Below are positions 1 to 10,394 of a stretch of DNA of 64,000 nucleotides, one piece after another. Location of the stretch: contig CAWIAZ010000014.1 of NCBI GenBank assembly GCA_963834285.1, positions 16,534 through 80,533 on the forward strand, read 5' to 3'. The notes under the pieces are model-generated. The model was not told the origin of the DNA. It saw only the letters and a program-made list of their open reading frames with translations, and did no database searches. Every line of letters begins with the position of its first letter. The stretch's first letter is position 1. Made by a program: the position numbers and the translations under genes. Source of the DNA: an uncultured Actinomycetota bacterium. Its GTDB lineage: Bacteria; Actinomycetota; Actinomycetes; Propionibacteriales; Nocardioidaceae.

Positions 1-386
1 GCCTCGGCAAGAACGTCTACGCCATCAAGATCCAGGCGCTGATCATCGGCGGGCTCTTCGGCGCGCTCGGCGGCATCATCTACGTCCTGCCCTCCACGGT
101 GCAGGCCGACTCGATGGGTCGCGCGCTCACGTTCTTCGCCTACACCGCCCTGCTGCTCGGTGGTGCGGCGACGATCTTCGGCCCGGTCCTCGGCACCGTG
201 CTGTTCTTCGGCGGCCGGGTGCTGCTGCGTGAGGTCGCCAACGCCTACGTGCCCTCGAGCATCATGAGCGACCAGCAGACCGAGACCTTCTCGCTGGTCG
301 CGGTCGGTGTCGTGCTGATGTTGTTGGTGATCTTCAGACCCCAGGGCATCCTGGGTGACAAGAGGGAGTTGAAGATCAATGTCTGA
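1..386 (+). CDS. livM: Branched-chain amino acid ABC transporter permease (LivM-like), 5' truncated by window edge
   Basis: Hydrophobic C-terminus with the family-typical [12 protein letters not shown]..., [11 protein letters not shown] and IFRPQGILG segments; directly upstream of two ABC ATPases. Confidence 0.85.
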   Translation, partial: LGKNVYAIKIQALIIGGLFGALGGIIYVLPSTVQADSMGRALTFFAYTALLLGGAATIFGPVLGTVLFFGGRVLLREVANAYVPSSIMSDQQTETFSLVAVGVVLMLLVIFRPQGILGDKRELKINV

Positions 387-1384
387 GACCCAGGTGACGC
401 CCAGCGGCCTGCACGACCCGGCGGCGCGGCGAGCCCTGACCGACCAGTTCGACCCGGAGCCGGGCTCGGCCAAGCCGGACCCGATCCTCAAGGTCGACAC
501 GATCGTGCGGCAGTTCGGCGGCATGACGGCCGTCGACGTCGCGCACCTCGAGGTGCAGCGCGGGCTGATCACGGCGCTGATCGGCCCCAACGGGGCCGGC
601 AAGACGACGTTCTTCAACCTGATCACCGGCTTCGACCGCCCGACCTCGGGACGCGTCGGCGCACTGGTCGTTCGACGGCAGGAAGCTCGACAAGACGTCG
701 GCGTCCAGCGTCGCGAAGGCCGGCATGGTCCGCACCTTCCAGCTCACCAAGGCCCTCAACCGGATGACGGTGATGGACAACATGATGCTGGGCGCCACGG
801 GTCAGCGTGGCGAGTCGCTGCTGGCCTCGATGGTGCGACCGCTCTGGAGCGGCCAGGAGCGCGAGATCGAGGAGAAGGCCAAGGACCTCCTGCAGCGGTT
901 CAAGCTGCTGGAGAAGAAGGAGGACTACGCCGGCAGCCTCTCGGGCGGTCAGCGCAAGCTGCTCGAGATGGCCCGCGCGCTGATGACCAACCCCAAGATG
1001 ATCATGCTCGACGAGCCGATGGCGGGGGTCAACCCGGCCCTCACGCAGTCGCTGCTCGGCCACATCCAGTCGCTGCGCGACGAGGGGATGACCGTGCTGT
1101 TCGTCGAGCACGACATGCACGTGGTGCGCCACATCTCCGACTGGGTCGTGGTGATGGCCGAGGGCCAGATCGTCGCCGAGGGCAGTGCCGACACCGTGAT
1201 GTCCAACCCCGCCGTGATCGACGCCTACCTCGGCGCCCACCACGACACCGACCTCGGTGACGAGACCCTCCTCGAGGAGGAGACCCTGCACGCGTACGAG
1301 GCCGAGGCCCAGGCCGAGGAGGAGCAGCACCAGCCCCACCACGGGCGGCGCCCATGCCGCGCACGACCGGAAGGACAGCACGTC

Positions 1385-1388
<4 letters not shown>
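379..1388 (+). CDS. livG: Branched-chain amino acid ABC ATP-binding protein (LivG-like), frameshifted near 660-720 and near the 3' end
   Basis: Walker [10 protein letters not shown] in ORF 379; RTFQ, LSGGQRK and LDEP..GVNP in ORF 725; end inferred at TGA 1386-1388. Confidence 0.85.
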
Positions 1389-2205
<817 letters not shown>

Positions 2206-2242
2206 GGGCCGGCTCGCTCGGGACCGCCGGCCGGCAAGACGA

Positions 2243-2276
2243 AAGAGCCCCCGGACCGTGAGGTCCGGGGGCTCTT
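2243..2276. terminator. Hairpin terminator between convergent genes
   Basis: Perfect 15-bp stem AAGAGCCCCCGGACC-GTGA-GGTCCGGGGGCTCTT. Confidence 0.85.
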
Positions 2277-2300
2277 GTCGTGGTGCGTGAGCTCAGCCGA

Positions 2301-3659
2301 TCAGGAGACGCCCTCGATCGTCGACGTGCGCTCGATGGCGTTCGTGTCGTCGAAGGTGTAGATGCCCACGAGGCCGGACGACGGGTCGTTCTTGTCGTTC
2401 AGCGCGCCGATGCCGGACGGGCCGGCGTACTTGATCTCGCTGCCGTCCTCGAGCAGGGCGACGCAGTCGGCGTAGGTGGTGCACTCCTCGCCGTCCGTGG
2501 CACCGGACACCGCGGCGTAGTTCTCCTTGACCGTGACCGAGTCGTTGGCACCGCCGCGGACCGCCGCGAGAGCGGCGAGCACGGTGGCGTCGTAGGACTC
2601 GGCGGCGTAGGAGTAGCTGCTCAGCGTGCCGCCGTTGGCGAGCTGCTCCCAGGCGTTGAGCTGGTCCTTGAACTCCGCCGAGGAGTCGGCGCCGGGCACG
2701 GTGCCCTGGGCCCCGGTGAGGCTGCCCGGGGGCAGGTCCTCGGAGTAGTCGGCGGTGTTGCCGTCGGAGAAGTAGGCCTTGGACATGTCCCAGCCCTGGC
2801 CGACGAGCTCGGGCACGATCGCCTTGGTCTCGTCGAACGCGAGGATCATGATCGCGTCGGGCTTGGTGGCGAGCGCGGCGCCGACCTCGGCCGAGAACGT
2901 GGTCTGGTTGGCCGGGAACTCGTTGCCGTCACCCTTGCAGCCGTAGACGCACTGTCCGCCGCCGCCGGTGAAGTTCTTCTCGATCTCGTTGCGCAGGCCG
3001 GTGCCGTAGGTGTCGTTGAACACCAGGAAGGCGATCTTGCTGTAGCCGTCGCTCTGGATCAGCGTGGCCAGGGCGTTGCCCTGGACCCCGTCGGGGACGA
3101 CGGTGCGGAAGTAGAACGGGGACACGCCGCTGAGCGACGTGGCGGTGTTGGCCGGCGAGACCTCGGTGATCTGCGCGTCCTCGAACGTCTTGACGACGTT
3201 CTCGGTGACGCTCGAGGAGGCGGCACCGATCACGACGGACGGGGCGCCCTGGATCAGCTTGTCAGCCGTGTTGCTCGAGACCGCGAGGTCGGAGGTGTCA
3301 CCGGAGTCCTCGATCTGGTGGCAGGCCTGGGCGCCGTTGGCGCCGCCGGCCGCGTTGATGTCGGAGACGGCGAGGCCGACCCCGGCGATCTCGGGCGGGC
3401 CGAGGAAGGCGAGGTTGCCGGTGATCGGGAGGATGCCGCCGACCTTGAACGAGTCGGCGCTGGTGGCGCCGCCCGCGCACTTGTCGTTGGTGACGGCGGC
3501 GGCGCTCTCGCTGCCGTCGTCACTCGAGGTCTCGCTCGAGTCGGCGGCCTCCGGGTCGGCACCTTCGTCGTCGGAGCCGCCGCAGGCGGCGAGGGTCAGG
3601 CTGAGGGCGGCAGCGCCGGCCATGAGCTTGATCCAGGAAGCTGTCGTTGATCGATTCAC
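2301..3659 (-). CDS. Branched-chain amino acid ABC substrate-binding lipoprotein (LivK-like)
   Basis: Lipobox LAAC, GGILPITGNLA..G, GAASS and SPANT motifs; probable GTG start at 3659. Confidence 0.85.
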   Translation of the reverse strand: MNRSTTASWIKLMAGAAALSLTLAACGGSDDEGADPEAADSSETSSDDGSESAAAVTNDKCAGGATSADSFKVGGILPITGNLAFLGPPEIAGVGLAVSDINAAGGANGAQACHQIEDSGDTSDLAVSSNTADKLIQGAPSVVIGAASSSVTENVVKTFEDAQITEVSPANTATSLSGVSPFYFRTVVPDGVQGNALATLIQSDGYSKIAFLVFNDTYGTGLRNEIEKNFTGGGGQCVYGCKGDGNEFPANQTTFSAEVGAALATKPDAIMILAFDETKAIVPELVGQGWDMSKAYFSDGNTADYSEDLPPGSLTGAQGTVPGADSSAEFKDQLNAWEQLANGGTLSSYSYAAESYDATVLAALAAVRGGANDSVTVKENYAAVSGATDGEECTTYADCVALLEDGSEIKYAGPSGIGALNDKNDPSSGLVGIYTFDDTNAIERTSTIEGVS

Positions 3660-3794
3660 CTGGTGAACCTTTCTTGTTGCGTGTGGATGAAGGTGCGCCG
3701 CGTCCCGCACCGAGCGAGGGCGTGAGCCCTGACACGGTAGATCGTGAAGGGGGAGCCTGACGGCAGTGATCCCTCTCGTTAGCGAACCGTTACG

Positions 3795-4544
3795 TCACCG
3801 GATCGCGGCCGCGACCTGCACGAGCAGCGGCGCGACGAGCAGCGCCGGCAGCAGGTCGGCGACGGCGATCTCGCGGATCCGCAGCAGACGCAGCGCCACG
3901 CCCACCAGGAGCAGGCCGCCGGCGGCGGTGACGGCCGCGAGCTCGGCGGCGGGCAGCAGGTCGCCGAGCAGCACGCCGAGCACGGTGAGCGAGCCCTGGA
4001 CGACGACCACCGTGACGCGCGCTGGCGGCGACGCCCCAGCCGAACGACGCGGCGAAGGCCATCGCGGCGAACCCGTCGAGCGTGGCCTTCAGGAAGAGCT
4101 GGTCGGCGCCGTTGCCCAGGCCGTCGTTGAGGGAGCCCGAGGATCGTCAGCGGACCGGTGCAGAAGACCAGCGACGCGACCACGAAGCCCTCGATGAAGC
4201 GCTGCCGCTCGACCGAGTCGGTCTCGCCGGCGAGCCGGCGCTGGAGCCATCCGCCGACCGCCTCGACCCGCTCCTCGAGGCGCAGCAGCGAGCCGATGAT
4301 CCCGCCGATCACGCAGGGACCCCAGCACGATCAGCAGCGGCGCGCTCGTGCCCACCTTCCTCGCCAGGTCGGCGTCGAGGACGGCGATCGCCGAGAGCGC
4401 CGCGATCAGCAGCGTGGTCAGGCCCAGGGCGTCGGTGACGAGGTCGCGGGTGCGCACGGGGAGCCGGTTGCCCAGCAGCTTGCCGACGACCGAGCCGAGC
4501 AGCACGGTCACGACGTTGACGAGGGTGCCGACGCCTGGGATCAC
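3795..4544 (-). CDS. DUF554 family membrane protein, frameshifted
   Basis: GTLVNVVTVLLGS N-terminus, FIEGFVVASLVFCTGPLTILG, and VADLLPALLVAP C-terminus spread over several frames. Confidence 0.75.
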
Positions 4545-4667
4545 GGGCCCCTCCGAACGTGCTCGCGGGCCTGTGGACCCGCTGCTGACAGCCGGGGCCG
4601 TCGAGCGTAGTCTCGGCCGCACGTGGTTGCCCATTCAACGGCTCACGAGCCCGAGGAAGGCGGTCGG

Positions 4668-5305
4668 ATGAGTCGCTCGTTGGTCTCCCTGCGTCAGGCC
4701 GTCCGCGCCGACGCCCCGCTCCTGGCCGAGCTGTGGGCCGAGGCCCTGCGCCGGGTCGACCACCAGGAGCAGATCCACGACGTCGAGCAGGTGATCGCAG
4801 CCGCCGAGACCGACCCCGGCACCCGGCTCGTGGTCGCCGAGCACGACGGCGAGCTGGCGGGGGCCGTGCTGCTGCAGGTCTCGACGCTCACGCCGCTCAA
4901 CCTCGAGCCGACCGTCCAGGTCGTCTCGCCCGCACGTGTTCCCGGCGTTCCGCCGGCGCGGCGTCGGGCGGGCGCTGATGGACAGCGCGGTGGCCTTCGC
5001 CGAGGAGCTCGGCGTCGACCACGTCGCCGCCGGGTCGTCGTCCGGCGTCGCGCGACGCCAACCGGTTCCTGGCCCGGCTCGCGCTCGGGCCGCACGCGAT
5101 GCTGCGGATCGCACCGACCGCCGCGGTGCGCGCCAAGCTGACCGCCCAGCGGCCGTCGCTGTCCACCACCGGTGCCCGCCAGGTCACCCGGGTGCTCGCC
5201 GCCCGACGCTCGCTGCGCCGCGCGCAGGCGCCGACGGTCACCTCGATCGCGCCGCCGGCACCCGAGTGGGCCGCGGAGTGGCCGACCGAGTCGCCCTCGG
5301 CCTGA
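4668..5305 (+). CDS. GNAT family N-acetyltransferase, frameshifted
   Basis: LRQA..DAP start and acetyl-CoA motif RRRGVGRALM in the adjoining frame. Confidence 0.7.
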
Positions 5306-5329
5306 CGGCGCCGGCCGAGGCGCCCGGGC

Positions 5330-5789
5330 TCAGGCCGACGGCGCCGTGGCCACCTGCTCGGCGGCGATCAGCGCGCAGGTGATCCGCGAGGTGCACACCC
5401 GCTTGCCGCGCTCGTCGGTGATGACGACCTCGAAGGACGCCATCGAGCGGCCGAGGTGGAGCGGCGTCGCGACGCCGGTCACGGTGCCCGAGGTGGCCGA
5501 GCGGTGGTGGGTGGCGTTGATGTCGACGCCGACCGCGACCTTGCCGAGGCCCTGGGCGTGCAGCGCCGACCCGATCGAGCCGAGGCGTCTCGGCCAGCAC
5601 GACCGAGGCGCCGCCGTGCAGCAGGCCGTAGGGCTGGGTGTTGCCCTCCACCGGCATGGTGGCGACGATCCGCTCGGCCGAGACCTCGAGCAGCTCGATC
5701 CCCATCTTCTCGTTGAGGCCCCCATCGGCATCTGCGCGAGGAACTCCTCGAGGTCGACGGTGGTCGCTGGACGGCGTCTGCTCGGTCAT
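5330..5789 (-). CDS. PaaI/hotdog-fold thioesterase (MenI-like), frameshifted
   Basis: NTQPYGLLHGGASVVLAET and GVDINATHHRS motifs; divergent from polA. Confidence 0.8.
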
Positions 5790-5844
5790 GGCGCCAAGTT
5801 ACCGACCGTCCGCTGCTGTCGGCGACGGCGGATAGAGTCGCGGC

Positions 5845-8540
5845 GTGCCTGAGTCCGCCCCGTCCCGCCTGCTGCTCCTCGACGGCCACTCGCTGGCCTA
5901 CCGCGCCTTCTTCGCGCTCCCGGTCGAGAACTTCTCGACCACCACCGGCCAGCACACCAACGCCGTCTTCGGCTTCACCTCGATGCTCATCAACGTGCTG
6001 CGCGACGAGCAGCCCACCCACGTCGGGGTCGCCTTCGACGTCTCGCGCCAGACCTTCCGCGCCGAGGAGTACGCCGAGTACAAGGCCAACCGCAACAAGA
6101 CGCCGACCGAGTTCAGCGGCCAGCTGTCGCTGATCGAGGAGGTCCTCGACGCGCTGCACATCCCCTACCTGAAGAAGGACGGCTTCGAGGCCGACGACAT
6201 CATCGCCACCCTGGTCACCCAGGCGCTGGCCGAGGGGCGGCATGCGAGGTGCTGATCCTCACCGGCGACCGCGACTCGCTCCAGCTGGTCACCGAGCGCT
6301 CCACGGTGCTCTACCCCATGCGCGGCGTCTCCGACCTGGCCCGGATGACGCCCGGCCGCGGTCGAGACCAAGTACGGCGTGCCCGCCCGAGCGCTACCCC
6401 GAGCTCGCCGCCCTGGTCGGCGAGACCTCCGACAACCTGCCCGGCATCCCCGGGGTCGGCCCGGGCTACGCCGCGAAGTGGATCAACACCTACGACGGCC
6501 TCGACAACGTGATCACCCACGCCGACGAGATCACCGGCAAGAAGGGCGAGGCGCTGCGCGCCCACCTCGGCGACGTGATGCGCAACCGCCGGCTCAACGC
6601 CGCTGGTCACGCGACCTCGACGCTCGAGCTCGCGCCCGGCGACCTCGAGAAGCGCGCCGTGGGACCGGCAGGAGGTGCACAACGCTCTTCGACAGCCTGG
6701 AGTTCCGGGTGCTGCGCAACCGGCTCTTCGAGACGCTCGACCTCCGAGGAGGTCATCGAGGAGGGCGGCTTCGAGCTCGACGGCGCAGCGCTGGGCGACG
6801 GGCGAGGTGCCGGGCCTGGCTGGCCGGCCTCGACGGGTCCACCGTCGGGCGTGCACGTCCGCGGCGCGTGGGGCGCCGGCACCGGCCGGGTCGACGGGCT
6901 GGCGCCTGGCCACCGGCGGCGGCGAGGCGGCCTACGTCGACACCGCCGACGCTGAGCCCCGACGACGACGCGGCGCTGGCGGCCTGGCTCGGCCGACGCC
7001 GTCCGGCCCAAGGTGCTGCACGACGCCAAGGGCCCGGCGCTGGCGCTGGCGGCCCACGGCTGGACGCTCGCCGGCCTCGCCAGCGACACCGCGCTCGCCG
7101 CCTACCTGGTGCGGCCCGACCAGCGCTCCTACGACCTCGCCGACCTCACGCTGCGCTACCTCAAGCGCGAGCTGAAGCAGGAGAGCGGCGACGACCGAGC
7201 AGGGCCAGCTCTTCGACGACGGGCGCGAGGTCGCGGCCACGGCGATGCTGCCACGCCCGCGCCGTCCTCGACCTCGCCGAGGCGCTCGACGGCGCGCGTC
7301 GCCGAGCACGGCGGCGACGCGGCTGCTGGCCGAGGTCGAGCTGCCGCTGGTCGGGGTGCTCCGACGATGGAGCAGACCGGCATCGCGGTCGACGCCGACC
7401 ACCTCGCCGCGCTGCGAGGCGCACTTCGCCGGCCGAGGTGAAGCAGGCCGCCGACGCAGGCCTACGCGGTGATCGGCAAGGAGATCAACCTCGGCTCGCC
7501 CAAGCAGCTGCAGACCGTGCTCTTCGACGAGCTCGAGATGCCGAAGACCAAGCGCACCAAGACCGGCTACACCACCGACGCCGACGCGCTCGCAGGCCCT
7601 GCTACGTCAAGACCGAGCACCCGTTCCTGCTGCACCTGCTGCGGCACCGCGACGTCACCCGGCTGCGGCAGACCATCGAGGGGCTGCTCAAGACCGTGGC
7701 GCCCGACGGGCGCATCCACACCACGTTCAACCAGATGATCGCGGCCACCGGCCGGCTCTCGAGCACCGAGCCCAACCTGCAGAACATCCCCGATCCGCAC
7801 CGAGGAGGGGCGCCGCATCCGCGAGGGCTTCGTCGTCGGTCCGGGCTACGAGTGCCTGCTCACCGCCGACTACAGCCAGATCGAGATGCGGATCATGGCC
7901 CACCTCTCCGAGGACGCGCTGCTGATCGAGGCGTTCAGGTCGGGGCGCGACTTCCACTCCATCACCGCTGCCCGCGTCTTCGACGTGCCCGCCGACGAGG
8001 TCACCGTCGAGATGCGCGCCAAGATCAAGGCGATGAACTACGGCCTCGCCTACGGCCTGTCCGCCTTCGGCCTCGGCCAGCAGCTCGGCATCGAGCCGGG
8101 CGAGGCGCGGGGGCTGATGGACGAGTACTTCGAGACGCTTCGGCGGCATCCGCGACTACCTCGGTGGTCTGGTCGAGGAGGCCCGCAGTCGGCTACACCG
8201 AGACCATCCTGGGCCGTCGCCGCTACCTGCCCGACCTCACCAGCGACAACCGCCAGCGCCGCGAGATGGCCGAGCGGATGGCCCTCAACGCCCCGATCCA
8301 GGGCTCGGCCGCCGACCTCATCAAGATCGCGATGCTCAGCGTCGACAGGGCCCTCGCCGAGGAGGGCTCTCCTCGCGGATGCTGCTCCAGGTGCACGACG
8401 AGCTCGTCTTCGAGGTCGCCGAGGGCGAGCGAGCGGCTCGACGCGCTGGTCCGCCGCGAGATGGGCAGCGCCGCCGACCTGCTCGTCCCGCTCGACGTCT
8501 CCGTCGGCACCGGCCGAGCTGGCACGAGGCCGCGCACTAG
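5845..8540 (+). CDS. polA: DNA polymerase I (multiple apparent frameshifts)
   Basis: LLLLDGHSLAYRAFFA 5'-3' exonuclease N-terminus, EADDIIAT, TGRLSSTEPNLQNI, ADYSQIEMR, MNYGLAYG, NAPIQGSAAD and QVHDEL; ends W-H-E-A-A-H at TAG 8538-8540. Confidence 0.95.
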
Positions 8541-9622
8541 TGGTCCGTGCCGCTCGACCTGACGATGCCCCCGGCAGCGGCGCGCACGAGGTCGTGGGGC
8601 TCTACGGCGACCCCGACTCGACCTGGGGGATCGCGGCTGAGCTGAGCCTGGACGCTCCGGTGGCCGTCGGCGACCTGCGCCACCGGGCGGCGGCACTCAG
8701 CGACGCCCACCCGTGGCTGGCCGGCGGCGCCGAGATCGTGATCGGCGACGACCGCGCGACCTGGGAGACCGTGCGCGCCGAGCTGGCTGCCCGTCCCTAC
8801 CCGCCCGGCACGCCGCTGGTTCGGTTGGGTGTCGACGGCGACCGTCGTCGGCTGGTCGTCGCTGCCCACCACGGTGCTGTCGACGGACTCGGTCTGCTCG
8901 GGATCGCGGCTGCCGTGCTGGACCGAGACGTGCGCACCGGCGCGCGGGGGGTCGGCCGGACCCCGGCCCGGCACGGTTTCCTCAGCTCCAGCCTGCGCCG
9001 GCTCGGCGAGGCGCTGCTGGCACCACCGGCACGCTTCCCGGGCGAGGGCGAGCCCCACGCCCTGGTCGAGGACCTCTCCCGCGTCGATCGGCCCCGCGCA
9101 GGCGTCCCGGGGCTCGGCACGAGCGCCCTGGCCGCGGCCGTCGTCCAGGCCCTGGCCAGCAGCCCGGCGGGCCGGCCACGGACCGCCGTGCTGGCCGTCG
9201 GCGCGTCACGGCGCGACGACGACCGTCCGGCCCCCGACCGGCAGACGGCCTACCTCCGGCTACGCGTCCCGCCGAGCACCCCGCTCGCCGAGGTCGCCCG
9301 TCGACTGCGCGAGCAGCCCCCCGAACCCGACTTCCCCGAGACCTCGGCAGGCGGGGTCGGTCCCTGGGTGACCGGCCTGTTGCGACAGCGGCTGGGCTCG
9401 ACGGCCACGCTGAGCAACCTCGGCGCGATCGAGGCCCCCGGTGTGCTCTCCGTCGCGATGTACCCCGCGGTGAACGGCCCGCGCGCCGTGGCCGTCGGCC
9501 TCGCGTCCACGCCCACGAGCACGGTGCTCAGCCTGCGCACCCGGCGCCGCGACCTGACCCGCCCTGAGCACGACGCATTGCTGGGCTTGATCGCCTCGTC
9601 CTTGTTCGACGGTGCTCAGTAG
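8540..9622 (+). CDS. Putative CoA-dependent acyltransferase (condensation/PapA-like fold, HHxxxDG motif)
   Basis: AAHHGAVDGLG motif preceded by LVRL..; C-terminal LSNLG motif; GTG start overlaps the polA stop. Confidence 0.6.
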   Translation: MVRAARPDDAPGSGAHEVVGLYGDPDSTWGIAAELSLDAPVAVGDLRHRAAALSDAHPWLAGGAEIVIGDDRATWETVRAELAARPYPPGTPLVRLGVDGDRRRLVVAAHHGAVDGLGLLGIAAAVLDRDVRTGARGVGRTPARHGFLSSSLRRLGEALLAPPARFPGEGEPHALVEDLSRVDRPRAGVPGLGTSALAAAVVQALASSPAGRPRTAVLAVGASRRDDDRPAPDRQTAYLRLRVPPSTPLAEVARRLREQPPEPDFPETSAGGVGPWVTGLLRQRLGSTATLSNLGAIEAPGVLSVAMYPAVNGPRAVAVGLASTPTSTVLSLRTRRRDLTRPEHDALLGLIASSLFDGAQ

Positions 9623-10353
9623 GGGTCGTACGGCGAGTCGTGACCGAACAGGCGGGCCACGGCGCGCAGCCGCAGGCGCAGCAGCACCTTGATCCCGACG
9701 TTGCGCACCCACCACGGCAGCTGCGCCGCCATCCTGGCGCGGTCGCGCAGGCCCGGACGGCGGACCCGGAACAGCGCCAGCGAACCCGCTCGTCCCTCGT
9801 AGGCCAGGGTTCGTGACGGCAGCACGTGGCCCACCAGGCCGAGCGTGACGCCGATGGAGGAGAACGCGTCGTGCACCAGCACCGCGGCACCGGGCGGCAG
9901 GTGCACGGCCCAGCGCAGATCGTCGGACAGGGTCCAGTAGTCGTGCTTGCCGTCGATGTAGAGCAGGTCCAGTGGCCGGTCCCAGGTCGGCCTGGCCCGC
10001 GTGGAGTACTCCGCGACCAGGTCGACGTGGTCGGCGACCCCCGCCTCCGCGACGTGTCGCTCGAACTTCTGCCGGGTGGGCGTCCCGCCGAAGAGGCGGC
10101 CCTCCACGAACGGGTCCATCGCGACCAGGCGGGCGCCCCGGGCGGCAAGGGCAGCGGCCAGGACGATGGTCGAGCGGCCCTGGTGGCTGCCGATCTCGAG
10201 AGCCACAGCGCCGGACCCCAGGCGCCGCGCCTGGTCGTGCAGCAACCGGGCCTGGGCCTGGGTCAGCCAGCCCGGCACCTGGTCGGCGAGCTCCCAGGCA
10301 CGCGCGAAGGCGACGGCGTCGTCGGGGACGTGGAGGTCAGGCAACCGGGGCAC
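9616..10353 (-). CDS. Class I SAM-dependent methyltransferase (Methyltransf_24-like)
   Basis: VPGWL, LEIGSHQGRST, DLLYIDGKHDY and VLVHD motifs. Confidence 0.8.
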   Translation of the reverse strand: MPRLPDLHVPDDAVAFARAWELADQVPGWLTQAQARLLHDQARRLGSGAVALEIGSHQGRSTIVLAAALAARGARLVAMDPFVEGRLFGGTPTRQKFERHVAEAGVADHVDLVAEYSTRARPTWDRPLDLLYIDGKHDYWTLSDDLRWAVHLPPGAAVLVHDAFSSIGVTLGLVGHVLPSRTLAYEGRAGSLALFRVRRPGLRDRARMAAQLPWWVRNVGIKVLLRLRLRAVARLFGHDSPYDPY

Positions 10354-10394
10354 CTCGGGTCGTTGCGTCGGGGCTACACTCTCGCCGCAGACTA

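Noticed and set aside
7886-9622. PolA fused to an acyltransferase (578-aa ORF)
   Set aside because: PolA ends normally at TAG 8538-8540 in another frame; the ORF is a frameshift artefact.
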